Notes: generated by a model from the sequence alone, not told the origin. Positions 18,744 to 28,558 are shown, counted from the first letter of the stretch. The stretch: 64,000 nt of DNA from Candidatus Bathyarchaeota archaeon (GCA_963777155.1 CAVZPM010000002.1:11658-75657); one strand, 5' to 3'. Numbers and translations: made by a program.

Positions 18744-19980
18744 TCAAAAGATGCATTGTAGTACGCTGTCAATTTTGTGTAGATCACTCAAAACATCTCT
18801 TATTTCTTTAACGCTCAATTTTTGTCTTACCTTATGAAGTTCACTGATTGTCTGATTCAGATTATCAAAAGCGGACTTTACGTCTAAGTCTTCATTAAGA
18901 CTATCTTCGAAGCCAGCCACAATTTTGCCTAGAACGGATTTTTTCCTCCGAAATGTGGCGCGAAGGTTTTGTCTTTTCTAAGTCTGCCACCATTTTTTTG
19001 AAAGCGTCCAGCCTCTGCGTAGTTTGAGCCAGCTTTTTCAATGTGAAATTCAGTTTCTTCCTATAAGGACCGTAAATAAGAAAGAACCTTAGCTGTTGGC
19101 TACTGAAACCTTTGGCTAATAAGTCGCTAAGGTAATAGACATTGCCTTTGCTCTTAGACATTTTTTTGCCGTCAACAAACAGGTGCCCACCATGTAACCA
19201 ATACCTAGAGAACTGTTTGCCTGATACCGCTTCGGCAACCGCAAGCGTGTAGTCATGATGCCTCACCAAGTTATCACTTCCTCCGCAAGCAAAGTCGACA
19301 CTGAAACCCAAGTGTTTGGTGACGATGGCTGCGTCCTGAATGTTCCATGCAGGTCTCCCGAAACCAATAGTTGTTTGATAACATTCATCGTCTTTTTTGC
19401 AGCCGTGCCAAAGAACAAAATCACCCCGATTCCAAGGGGTTCCTGGATAGGTATCTTTATGGAATCTACGTTTCTTTTTTGGCCATTTATTCATGTCTAA
19501 ATGGGCAAGTTTGCCAAAACCCGCAAATTTTGATGGGTCAAAATAGATGTTTTCCGAGCCTTTGTAAGCGTAATTGTATGCAATGCCTCTTTTGATTAGT
19601 TTAGAAATCAAGTCTGTTGTTTGGTCTATTGCTGTTGAAGCTTTAATTGGGTAGTCGGGCTTTTTGATTCTTAAGAGCTCAAAGTCCCTAAAGAATACTT
19701 TTTCGTTTCTTCGGGTTAACTCTTCTACAGTAAGGTTTTCTTTTTTTGCCTGAGCCAACGCTTTGTCTTCTACATCAGTTAACGTCATAAGCCGCCGAAC
19801 ATTGAACCCTAAATATTCGAGGTATCGCTGGAGTACGTCTTCGAAAAGGAAGGTACGGTAGTTTCCAATATGGGCGGGTTGATATGTCGATGGGCCACAG
19901 GTATACATTTTGACTTCTTTGCCTTCTTGGGGTTCAAAGGGCTCGATTTTTCTGGTTAACGAATTGTAGACGTTAATCAA
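18744..19980 (-). CDS. Cysteine--tRNA ligase-like paralog (class I catalytic + DALR domain, no anticodon domain); one frameshift near 18945
   Basis: YTCGPSTY, HIGN, DFVLW, GRPAW, HH, KMSKSKGN; after the frameshift continues FEDSLNEDLDVKSAF...DSVLQCIF*. Confidence 0.8.
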
Positions 19981-19994
19981 ATGATCTTCTCCGT

Positions 19995-20471
19995 TTAGGC
20001 AGTAACTTTTTCTTCCTTATCAATTTCTACGAGGGTTTTCTTCGCTTCCTCAACATGCCGCTGTGCTTGGGTTTGTGAAACAAAAACATGTCGAACTATG
20101 CCCTTCTTGTCAATAATGTAGGTGACTCGACCTGGAATAATGCCCATAGTTGAACGTACACCATACAAATCTCGGACTTTATTGTCTACATCGGCAAGAA
20201 GAATAAATGGTAATCCATAGTGCGTAGCGAAGGACTTGTGGGATTCCACGCTTTGTCCGCTGACACCCAGCACTTCAGCCCCTAAATTGGCTAACTCTTC
20301 ATAGTTGTCTCTAAAAGTGCAGGCTTCTTTTGTGCAACCTAGCGATTCATCCTTGGGGTAAAAATAGAGAACAACACTTTTTTTACCAAAATACTCTGAG
20401 AGAGTTACGTTGTCACCCATTTGAGAAGGAAGCGTGAAATCAGGCGCTTTATCACCGACTTTGACTGTCAA
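19995..20471 (-). CDS. bcp: Peroxiredoxin, BCP/PrxQ type
   Basis: VGDKAPDF, LYFYPKDESLGCTKEAC, RVTYIID; TTG start at 20471. Confidence 0.92.
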   Translation of the reverse strand: MTVKVGDKAPDFTLPSQMGDNVTLSEYFGKKSVVLYFYPKDESLGCTKEACTFRDNYEELANLGAEVLGVSGQSVESHKSFATHYGLPFILLADVDNKVRDLYGVRSTMGIIPGRVTYIIDKKGIVRHVFVSQTQAQRHVEEAKKTLVEIDKEEKVTA

Positions 20472-20569
20472 AAACTCCACCGCACAATAGTTGCTTTTAA
20501 GCTCTATATGGTTTTCGCACCAAATCAAACGATATAAGAGGCAGTGTATATAGCAACCGTGGCGATTGT

Positions 20570-21169
20570 TTGGAAAAAACCTTGACTGCTGCCAACCATA
20601 AATGTAGCGTTCTATACAATGTAGCATCTGGGGTTCCAATAGTTTTCTTCCATGGGTTATCCTACACAGCTAGCATCTGGCAACACATAGGTCTAACCGA
20701 ATTTCTAATCGAGAAGCACATTTCCTTCTTAGCTTTGGATATGCCGTATGGGCTGAGAAGTCAATGCCAACCCAAAACTCGTAGCCCCCAACAAAACGTG
20801 GATTTTGCCAAAGAAGCTATCCAAACTTTTTTTCCAGCTGAAACCCCATTGTTAGTTGGCGCCAGCATCGGCGGAAACATAGCCCTTCATTACGCATCAC
20901 GATTCCCTGTGAAAGGCTTATTGTTAGTTGCGCCTGCGAGAGCCATTGATCCCACCTTGGCACAATCTTATAGTAGTTTCAGGTTTCCAACAACGATAGT
21001 CTGGGGAAAAGAGGACAATATTGTGGCAAGTGAAGACATGCGTAGCCTTGCAGACAGGTTACCCAACGCAAAACTCATCGTTTATGACGGCGCAAACCAC
21101 TCTGCCTACAAAGATCAACCTGAAAGATTCAAACATGACCTGATTGAACTTTACGCCAAGGTAGAGTAG
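20570..21169 (+). CDS. Alpha/beta hydrolase (ABHD14-like)
   Basis: FFHG, GASIGG nucleophile elbow, WGKED, H in GANH. Confidence 0.88.
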   Translation: MEKTLTAANHKCSVLYNVASGVPIVFFHGLSYTASIWQHIGLTEFLIEKHISFLALDMPYGLRSQCQPKTRSPQQNVDFAKEAIQTFFPAETPLLVGASIGGNIALHYASRFPVKGLLLVAPARAIDPTLAQSYSSFRFPTTIVWGKEDNIVASEDMRSLADRLPNAKLIVYDGANHSAYKDQPERFKHDLIELYAKVE

Positions 21170-21171
21170 CT

Positions 21172-21729
21172 TTATTGCGGTTTAGCTGTTAGGACATAAT
21201 GGAACGGTCCAGCATCCCGTGTGTCCAGGACTGTGAACCCAGATGCCCTCATCAGATTTGACGCTTGCTCTTGACTGAATCTTATTGCCACAGGTGGTCC
21301 AAACAGCATCTCCTGTTTTTTCCAGTCTAAATCAATCAGGTGCCCCATGGGCTTTATCATTTGTTTTGCGTTTTGAAGTACTTTTACGGGGTCATCAAAG
21401 TCGTGCAGGTCCATGCAGTAAATGATGAAATCGCTGCATTGATTACAGAAAACTGTGTCTTCGGCTTTTCCCACTTTAGTAGTGATGTTGGTTAAGCCTT
21501 CTGTTTTTGCTTTGCTTCTTAATTTCTCAATTCCTATGGGATCTATATCGACGGCGTAGACTTTGCCGTTTTTCCCAACTTTTTTTGATGCCAAAAGGGT
21601 GAAGAAGCCTTCGCCACAACCGACATCAACAAAAACCATGCCTTCGTGTAGGTCTTGCAAGACTGTGTCTGGGTTGTACCATGATCGCCTGGTGGCTTCG
21701 TCTAGGTTAAATCCGCCGTGGCATCCCAA
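21172..21729 (-). CDS. Class I SAM-dependent methyltransferase
   Basis: VDVGCGEG, VYAVDI, LHD, DW, GPP. Confidence 0.9.
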   Translation of the reverse strand: MGCHGGFNLDEATRRSWYNPDTVLQDLHEGMVFVDVGCGEGFFTLLASKKVGKNGKVYAVDIDPIGIEKLRSKAKTEGLTNITTKVGKAEDTVFCNQCSDFIIYCMDLHDFDDPVKVLQNAKQMIKPMGHLIDLDWKKQEMLFGPPVAIRFSQEQASNLMRASGFTVLDTRDAGPFHYVLTAKPQ

Positions 21730-21730
21730 A

Positions 21731-22042
21731 CTAAAAACCTGCTGGTTCTGGCTTTAAGAGTTCTCGGATTTGTTTTTCATGCGTTTGCCGAGTAGTTAAG
21801 GGATAGATTTCACGTTCACTGTCAAAGAACATTGGATCTTGTCCTACAATTTTTGACAGACTCTCGTCGGAGTCAACGTTGACTATTAACATGCTGCCTT
21901 GTTGCCCAATAAGATGGTAGGAAACCTCAAGCGTCTTTTCTTTCTCCAAAGTATCAAAATACTTGAATTGCAAAGGAAGCAATTTTGCCCATTTCTCGAT
22001 GGGAACTTCACGTTTAATTTTCTGTATAATTAAAAACTTCAT
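21731..22042 (-). CDS. Muconolactone isomerase-like / DUF3303 dimeric alpha-beta barrel protein
   Basis: MKFLI, G.MLIVNVDS.E.L, P.F, EIYPL pattern. Confidence 0.65.
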   Translation of the reverse strand: MKFLIIQKIKREVPIEKWAKLLPLQFKYFDTLEKEKTLEVSYHLIGQQGSMLIVNVDSDESLSKIVGQDPMFFDSEREIYPLTTRQTHEKQIRELLKPEPAGF

Positions 22043-22188
22043 AATTATTCCTTAGTAGAAAGTGGTTGTTTGGATATAAAATCTTTCTTCGTCAAAAAGC
22101 TATGCTATAAACAACATCTAAAAAAATTAATGCTCATAAAGAACAGTTCAAAAAAATAAGGAAAGAAATAGTTTTGGTTTTGGCGTGT

Positions 22189-22341
22189 TTACTGCTTGTT
22201 TTCGCCGCCTCGCCTCATCATCTCAGGAATTTTGGTGGAAGCCTTAGACATCGCGTCTTTAACAACATCCATCAATTCCTCGTTGACTTCCAGTTCAACT
22301 GTAACCTTCAGTTTTCCCTTCTTTTCACCCATTTCAGTCAT
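22189..22341 (-). CDS. Small ORF, 50 aa (MTEMGEKKGKLKVTVELEVNEELMDVVKDAMSKASTKIPEMMRRGGENKQ)
   Basis: GGAGGTGG SD-like site upstream, overlaps the stop of the upstream gene, T-rich terminator downstream. Confidence 0.7.
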   Translation of the reverse strand: MTEMGEKKGKLKVTVELEVNEELMDVVKDAMSKASTKIPEMMRRGGENKQ

Positions 22342-22633
22342 GGAACCACCTCCTAAACCTGCTCAGTTGTTTAGGAAACAAGTTACCCAAAAGATGAACC
22401 GCCTGCATGCCAGTCAAATCCAAATTAATCTCGATTCGGTAATGGTATTTGCCTAGCCGTTTAGTATGTGTTTTGTATTCCCCGATTGCCCCTGCTTCTT
22501 TGAATCGGTGTAACTGTTGATTCATAAGAACCGTTATTGCTGTGGGTGCTAAGGGTTCAAAGACAAAAGCTACTCTCATTAGAACTCGAATTGCGCTGCC
22601 GACCAAAGATTCAGAAATCGTTTCGTTTGCCAT
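22334..22633 (-). CDS. Hypothetical protein
   Basis: 99-aa ORF with GAGG SD-like site; first gene of a two-gene unit. Confidence 0.7.
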   Translation of the reverse strand: MANETISESLVGSAIRVLMRVAFVFEPLAPTAITVLMNQQLHRFKEAGAIGEYKTHTKRLGKYHYRIEINLDLTGMQAVHLLGNLFPKQLSRFRRWFHD

Positions 22634-22759
22634 TTGTTTTCCTCTAAAACTACCGATGATCCCTTTTTTTGGGTCCAGAACTTAGTAATTATTAGTTAGG
22701 AGATATTTTTTAAGGTTGCGTGACAGTTGATGGTCAATTATAGTTAGGTTGTTTGGTCT

Positions 22760-23263
22760 ATGGAGGAATTTAACCTGCAAATCTACGGCTGCAGAAAATG
22801 CAGGCTCTGGCAGGGAGCCAAACACGCCGTGCCGGGCGAGGGACCGTTAAACGCTAAAGTCATGTTGGTAGGGCAGAACCCTGGGGCAGACGAGGATGAA
22901 TTGGGTAGACCCTTTGTTGGGCGAGCTGGAAAATATCTAACAAAAACACTCGCTGAATACGGTATTAGACGTGAAGACGTCTTCATTACTAACATCGTTA
23001 AACATGTCTCTCCTAAAAATCGTAAACCCTTCGACGACGAAGTTAGAGCATGCTTACCTTACCTGACTGCTCAAGTCAATTTTATCAAGCCAAAAATAAT
23101 TGTGCTTTTAGGCGCATCAGCAAAAGAAACCCCGCGAATAGACGGCGTAGAATACATCCAAGTCATTCATCCCTCAGCCGCCATGCGCTTTACAAAAATG
23201 AGGGAGAAGTTCAGGCAGCAAATTGGCGAAGTTGCAAAACAAATTACAGCGATAAAAACCTGA
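22760..23263 (+). CDS. udg: Uracil-DNA glycosylase, family 4 type
   Basis: CRKCRL, VPGEG, VGQNPG, GRPFVGRAG, ITNIVK, NRKP, HPSA. Confidence 0.92.
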   Translation: MEEFNLQIYGCRKCRLWQGAKHAVPGEGPLNAKVMLVGQNPGADEDELGRPFVGRAGKYLTKTLAEYGIRREDVFITNIVKHVSPKNRKPFDDEVRACLPYLTAQVNFIKPKIIVLLGASAKETPRIDGVEYIQVIHPSAAMRFTKMREKFRQQIGEVAKQITAIKT

Positions 23264-23265
23264 AC

Positions 23266-23871
23266 TCATTTCATGGGTTGCCTTAGGATGGTTTTCAGTT
23301 TTTCTGGGGCTGTTGTGGCCGGGTTGTTTAAGTAGATTTCGTGGTGTTTGCCACTTAGTGAGTGCCCGCTGTTTTGGATGTAGGCATGTATTTTCGCAAT
23401 TGTTGGTCCTTCAGCTGAAAATGGCCCAATATACATTATTTGTGCGGAGGGTCCTTCATTGAAGCTTTCAAACTTTACCTTGGGCAGCGCTGCCGGATTC
23501 TTTTTCTTCTTTACCTGTTCAACCGCCACTTTGAAGTCGTCAGCGGTTACGTATTTAGGCTGCATTATCATGGCTGTCCACTTCCACTCATCTTTGCGGT
23601 CTGCGCTGAACTTGGTCATGTCGTCCACCCACCATAAGCCTTCAAGCGGCATCACAACATAATCTATGCCTTTACCTTTCTTAACAAGAAATTTGAGTGT
23701 ATAAGCGACACTAAATAAAGCTTCAATAGCTTCACTGTACTGTGATGATGTAGGTGCACCTTCGCCGTTAACCAAGAGAAAGTTCATGGCTGGAACTTCA
23801 ACAACGGTGACCTCTTTCACTGAAGGATTATATAGGTTTTTTAACTCTTTTTTTAAGTCAATTTTATCCAT
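23266..23871 (-). CDS. GyrI-like small-molecule-binding domain protein
   Basis: KIDLKKELK.LY, DYVVMPLEGLWW, WKWTAMIMQP, HHEIYL..P. Confidence 0.9.
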   Translation of the reverse strand: MDKIDLKKELKNLYNPSVKEVTVVEVPAMNFLLVNGEGAPTSSQYSEAIEALFSVAYTLKFLVKKGKGIDYVVMPLEGLWWVDDMTKFSADRKDEWKWTAMIMQPKYVTADDFKVAVEQVKKKKNPAALPKVKFESFNEGPSAQIMYIGPFSAEGPTIAKIHAYIQNSGHSLSGKHHEIYLNNPATTAPEKLKTILRQPMK

Positions 23872-24008
23872 TGAACCTACCCAACTTTCATTATTATTGG
23901 ATTTAAAATAAAAAACTAGTGCACAACCCACTAGCAATCGCCTGTTGCTTAACACCCAGAAATGTCAACGTTAAAACTATAAATGAAAGGAGCCACAATT
24001 ATTTTTAG

Positions 24009-24332
24009 GTGAATTTTGTGGTTTTAGCCAGAATGTCTTTTTGGTATTTCAAAGCTGGAAAACGCGAGGAAGGCTTTGCAGAACTTGATAAGATTCTAAA
24101 TACTTTGGCTCAGATTTCAGAGGGCTTTCGCGGATACATGTCGCTTATATCCCATGAAGATCCAAAAGCCGTGACGATCCTCACGCTTTGGCAGGATGAA
24201 GATGCGCTTAAGAAGTCAGAGCTTGATGTTTTTGCGAGGGCAACTCAAAAAGTCCAAGATCAACTCGAAAGGCCACCTCGGGTTGAGAACTACAGAGTAT
24301 ACTCAACGGAACTTTTCCAACGACAGCAATAG
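24009..24332 (+). CDS. Antibiotic biosynthesis monooxygenase (ABM)-like protein
   Basis: K.GKREE, GFRG, TLWQDE..L; ferredoxin-like ABM pattern. Confidence 0.8.
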   Translation: MNFVVLARMSFWYFKAGKREEGFAELDKILNTLAQISEGFRGYMSLISHEDPKAVTILTLWQDEDALKKSELDVFARATQKVQDQLERPPRVENYRVYSTELFQRQQ

Positions 24333-24504
24333 GTTGACCCTAAAAGGCTGCTTTTTTATCAGCAGACCGCTTTTTTAGATTTGTGAGAGATTGCCTGGGG
24401 ATTATTTGAAAGGCTGATTCGCCGCTTTTAGGGTTCAAGCTTTCAATTTAGTTTTTCATCAGTGGGTCACGATTTCCGAAAACAACAGCGCCCTGTGACT
24501 TCTT

Positions 24505-26571
24505 TCAGGTTGCTTTTAGGTTGATTGTCCCCTTGGTGTAGGGCACAAACTCTCTGACCTGCTCAATCGATGTTTTTCCAGCTTTTTCACGTTGCTCCTT
24601 AGACAACTTAAGCATCAGGGATTTGAGAATCTGCTTGAGCAACTCTTTACCCACAATATCTCCTGGAACAAGGACTACATATGACTTGGTTTTCGCTTTC
24701 ACAGCATCCACTGGACCACCCACAAAACTTGTTTCTTCCCCAACGATTATGCCGATTGCAACCCTTAGCGGTGTATTGCGTGACCAGTTGCGTTTGCCCA
24801 CAACAAAGAAGGCGCCATGAGGAACCGACTCGCCCGAAGGACCACTCTTGCTTAGCTGGTCAACTTTCACCCAGTAAACATCCGCTGTGCCCAAGTTTTC
24901 TCTCCAACCTCGCGAATAAGACGCTGCAAACTCGCCTGCTTCATGCAGCGCCTGCTCACTGACCGGTCTGCCCTCAGCTTTAATGACAACAAATGGTGAA
25001 CCAGTGATTTCAGCGTGAAAAACCACATCCTCCTGCAACGTATACTTTTTTATAAGCACCTCGTTGCTGACTGTATCTTTGCCCGCAACAACCAAGAAAC
25101 CGTCGGAAGAAATGTACCAGCGGAATTTCTCATACCACTCCTTATTTTCCAATTCGACTTTGCGTTTAGAGAGTGCCTCCATCATTTCTGCCGGTTTGAG
25201 GCTCTTGAGCGCTTCCGCTTCAGCCAATTCACGCTCAATTTTAGCAAGTTTCCTCCTAGAATCTTGAAGAGCTGAAAGTGCCCCTTGAGATTTCTCTTTA
25301 GCCCGTTTGCCCCGTTCATAATACCTGTTGGCGTTGTCGAAGAGGGAATCTCGCAGGTTAAAACTAAAATGGAAATTATCCATGCCCAAGTTTAATGCGA
25401 GGTTTTTGCCATCGAATGATTCAAAGTAAGCCGCAGGGGCTTTGCCTGTTTTCTTTGCCGCCATAACCGCTGTGATGATTGTGTCCCATTCATGTCCCTG
25501 ATTGTTGGCTTTGAGGAGTTGTTCCTGGAAGGTTTGAAGTTCGTTGAAGTGGGCGTAGATGGTGTCGCCGATGAGTTTGTCGCGTTCAGCTTTGGCTTCA
25601 TCTTCATGGATGGATTTTTCCTGTTCTGCAACCATTCGTCTTAGGCGCTCGGCTTCTTTTTTTAGCTTGTCAACTTCAACACTTGCAAACGCCCTCTCAG
25701 CCGTAATAACCCGCAGATAAAACTCGTCAAGCGCCTGGTTGAAAGAGTTGTAAACCTGAACATTGCAGCCTTCATAACGCCTAAGCTTAATGGGAACAAC
25801 ATCCACGAAATCGCCTTCCTCTCCTAAAACTATGCTTGCCTCCAAGTTGCCGCCTGAAACCGCCGCCAGCAAGGTTTGCAGAGCCTCAAAAATCCCCTTG
25901 ACCTCCTCGCTTGCCAAGGCGTTGCAATGTTTGGTTTTATCTACGTCGGCTCTTAGTAGGATTTCTTCAGAGTAAACTCCCCCTACACCCAAAAACCGCG
26001 CTACAACCCGAACAATCTCTGTTTCCCCTGCGTTTTTGAGGGCTTCCTCCAGTTCGCTTTGGGTTACTTTGAAGGGGTTTTTGCCGCTTGAAGGCGGAAG
26101 TGCCAATACCACGTTGTGGAGGATGTCTCGGTCACGCATTTTTTTGTAGGCTAAAGCGTGAATGATTACGTTTTGCTCGTTTGTCAGTATGATGTTGCCT
26201 TCGCCGAAGAGCTCCACAACCAGTTTAAGCACTCCAGTTTTTGTTCGAAAGCCAACTGTGACGATTCTTTCAAACTCGTACTGGTCAATTCCAGCTACCC
26301 ATGCGTTACGCAGGTATTTTCTAAGTGCCATGCAGAACGCTGGAGGTTCAGAGGGGTTTTCTTCCGCATAACTGGTGACATGTAACCTTCTGCCTGCCTC
26401 AAGAACTAGCCGTATTGGCGGCATGTCGGTTTTGTGGAGTTTGAAGACCACGGTTTTTTCGTCAAGTTGGTAGATGTTGTTCACTCTAGACTCTGCTAAA
26501 ATGGTTTTTAGTTCTTTAATTGCTGCGGCAATGTCAAAGCTTGAGAACTCTTTTTTACGCAACATCGGCAC
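24505..26571 (-). CDS. rqcH: NFACT / Rqc2 (RqcH) ribosome quality-control protein
   Basis: FCMALRKYL, ELFGEGNIIL, coiled coil, WYEKFRW, GKD...NE, FHA, GSPF, GAF. Confidence 0.93.
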   Translation of the reverse strand: MPMLRKKEFSSFDIAAAIKELKTILAESRVNNIYQLDEKTVVFKLHKTDMPPIRLVLEAGRRLHVTSYAEENPSEPPAFCMALRKYLRNAWVAGIDQYEFERIVTVGFRTKTGVLKLVVELFGEGNIILTNEQNVIIHALAYKKMRDRDILHNVVLALPPSSGKNPFKVTQSELEEALKNAGETEIVRVVARFLGVGGVYSEEILLRADVDKTKHCNALASEEVKGIFEALQTLLAAVSGGNLEASIVLGEEGDFVDVVPIKLRRYEGCNVQVYNSFNQALDEFYLRVITAERAFASVEVDKLKKEAERLRRMVAEQEKSIHEDEAKAERDKLIGDTIYAHFNELQTFQEQLLKANNQGHEWDTIITAVMAAKKTGKAPAAYFESFDGKNLALNLGMDNFHFSFNLRDSLFDNANRYYERGKRAKEKSQGALSALQDSRRKLAKIERELAEAEALKSLKPAEMMEALSKRKVELENKEWYEKFRWYISSDGFLVVAGKDTVSNEVLIKKYTLQEDVVFHAEITGSPFVVIKAEGRPVSEQALHEAGEFAASYSRGWRENLGTADVYWVKVDQLSKSGPSGESVPHGAFFVVGKRNWSRNTPLRVAIGIIVGEETSFVGGPVDAVKAKTKSYVVLVPGDIVGKELLKQILKSLMLKLSKEQREKAGKTSIEQVREFVPYTKGTINLKAT

Positions 26572-26729
26572 CGCTATCTTAGGGATATAGTAGTTGACTA
26601 TAAAATAACCGTTTTCACAGTCAAATCTCCAAATTGCAGAGAAATCAGGGTTTTTGCGAAGGAAACGATTAATACTTAGGCATCTTTTTTAAGTAACAAC
26701 AAAATATACACAGCAAGGAATCGATTTAC

Positions 26730-27041
26730 ATGACACCTGTAGTTCAGCTTTACTGGATAAGAGTCGTATTAGGAATTGTTGCGGGGTTAGTGACAGGGTT
26801 TATTGCTGCGTTCTTTGGCGGCGAAGCTGGCTTGGCTGACTCAACAACTCTCATAAATAGCATAACAATAGCCTTGCTAATCTACTTTGTAACATACTAC
26901 ATCCTGAGAGCAACCTACAAGGATAAAATAGAGAAATCATCAAAAATCCTCAGCACAGCAATAGGCATGTACTTCTTTGCCTGGATTACGTTCTTCGTGC
27001 TATTCTACACAGCATTCGTTATAGTATTGGGATTCGTTTAA
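26730..27041 (+). CDS. Three-TM membrane protein, EMC6/Rab5ip-like
   Basis: LYWIRVVLGIVAG in TM1; K..KILSTAIGMYFFAWITFFVLFYT in TM3; resembles the EMC6 pattern. Confidence 0.6.
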   Translation: MTPVVQLYWIRVVLGIVAGLVTGFIAAFFGGEAGLADSTTLINSITIALLIYFVTYYILRATYKDKIEKSSKILSTAIGMYFFAWITFFVLFYTAFVIVLGFV

Positions 27042-27044
27042 GAA

Positions 27045-27512
27045 TTATTCTTCTTTTCCTTCCGCTTTCTGCAGAAAATTTGCGATAGTAGCCTGACTTT
27101 TGTCGCTTCGTAGAGTTTCGATTTTCTCTTCTCCAACTACTTTCACATTGCCGCTTTGAGAACTTGGGATATCCATACGTGTTATGATACGCATGCAGTC
27201 TGCCCACGCTGAAAAATATCCCCGATCGAAATCTCCATGTAAACCGTTACCCATATGGGCAAGGAACTCTTTTCTGTAGTTGTTTAGTGCTATTTTGTCG
27301 GAGAAATCCATTTTTGAAAAAAATGCATAATCGTCTGTGGCGCTGCTCTTGCGGGAAAGGTACATGCCATAAAGTGCTCGGAAATATCCTCTGTTCCATT
27401 CAGTTTTCTGCATTTTCTGTTTTACTCTTTCCAGTTCACGTTCAGCTTCGGTGAATTGCCTGCTGACTATAAGCTGGAAATACCTAGTGACTAAGGCTTG
27501 TGAAATCGGCAT
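27045..27512 (-). CDS. Hypothetical helical protein co-transcribed with radA
   Basis: Starts 2 nt after the radA stop; duplicated RGYF motif. Confidence 0.8.
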   Translation of the reverse strand: MPISQALVTRYFQLIVSRQFTEAERELERVKQKMQKTEWNRGYFRALYGMYLSRKSSATDDYAFFSKMDFSDKIALNNYRKEFLAHMGNGLHGDFDRGYFSAWADCMRIITRMDIPSSQSGNVKVVGEEKIETLRSDKSQATIANFLQKAEGKEE

Positions 27513-27514
27513 AC

Positions 27515-28558
27515 TTAGCGTCCACGCGGTTTAGTTGCTTTCTCCTCTTCAGAGACATCCTCTATTCCGTTCTCGGTTACTTTAAGGATTTCCTCCCCCT
27601 CAGGCAAATATGGGCTCGAAACTAGTCTTGCAATGCGTATTGGACCATGTGAAGCACGTCTAAGGTAGATTCGAGTCGCACTTGTGTGGCCAACAATGTT
27701 TCCGCCGATCGGGTGAATTGCATCACCAAAGAACTGGTCGGGTTTAGCCATTACTTGGTTTGTTACGACCGCTACAGCGTTGAATGCTCTTGCTAATGCG
27801 ATGAGTTTGTGCATGTGTTTGTTGAGTTTTTGTTGTCTTGACGCGAGCATTTCTCTTCCGATGTATTCGCTTCGGAAATGGGCGGTTAACGAGTCAACAA
27901 TGATCAGTTTGATGTTGTTTGCTTTGATTATTTCGTCAGCGTTTTCGAGAAGGAACATTTGGTGGTCTGAAGTGTAGGCTTCAGCATAAATAATTTTTTT
28001 AACGGCTTCAGCGGGATCCATACCTACCCCTTTTGCCATCTGCACGATTCGTTCCAACCTGAAGGTGTTCTCGGTGTCAATATACAAGGCTGCTCCGTTG
28101 AGTCCTCCTTTTTCCGGGGGCAACTGGACGTTGATGCATAGTTGGTGACACATTTGGCTTTTACCGCTGCCATATTCACCGTAAAATTCTGTTATGGTTT
28201 GCGTTTCCAATCCACCATCTAAGATTTTGTCCAAGCCTTTGCTGCCTGTCGTTATTCGCAGAACTGTTTGTCGCATTTTGAAGAGTTCATCTGCTCGGAT
28301 AAATGAGATGCCGATGGATGAACGTGCGGCTTGGATTATTTGGAAGGATTTTTTCTCGCTTACCCCGACTGGTTCAAGTTCACGAGCTGTTGCCATGGCT
28401 AAAGATTCTACTGTGTGGTAGCCGAGTTCGCGGAGTTTCTGTGCGGTGGCTGGGCCAACTCCTGGAAGATCCTCTATAAACTCATATTTTTTCCTGTTTG
28501 TTTCAAGTATAGATTCTTCTTGTTCTTCCTGCGGTTCTACGTCGGAGTCTTCAGACAT
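27515..28558 (-). CDS. radA: DNA repair and recombination protein RadA
   Basis: N-terminal HhH LPGVG, Walker A GEYGSGKS, YIDTENTF, IIVDS, TNQV, GG...GH, SPYLPEGE. Confidence 0.97.
   Translation of the reverse strand: MSEDSDVEPQEEQEESILETNRKKYEFIEDLPGVGPATAQKLRELGYHTVESLAMATARELEPVGVSEKKSFQIIQAARSSIGISFIRADELFKMRQTVLRITTGSKGLDKILDGGLETQTITEFYGEYGSGKSQMCHQLCINVQLPPEKGGLNGAALYIDTENTFRLERIVQMAKGVGMDPAEAVKKIIYAEAYTSDHQMFLLENADEIIKANNIKLIIVDSLTAHFRSEYIGREMLASRQQKLNKHMHKLIALARAFNAVAVVTNQVMAKPDQFFGDAIHPIGGNIVGHTSATRIYLRRASHGPIRIARLVSSPYLPEGEEILKVTENGIEDVSEEEKATKPRGR

Noticed and set aside
20472-20639. N-terminal extension of the bcp ORF in the track (similar extensions on radA, metG, uvrB, gyrI-like and oppF)
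   Set aside because: The bcp extension overlaps the divergent hydrolase gene and promoter; family homology in each case begins at the downstream start
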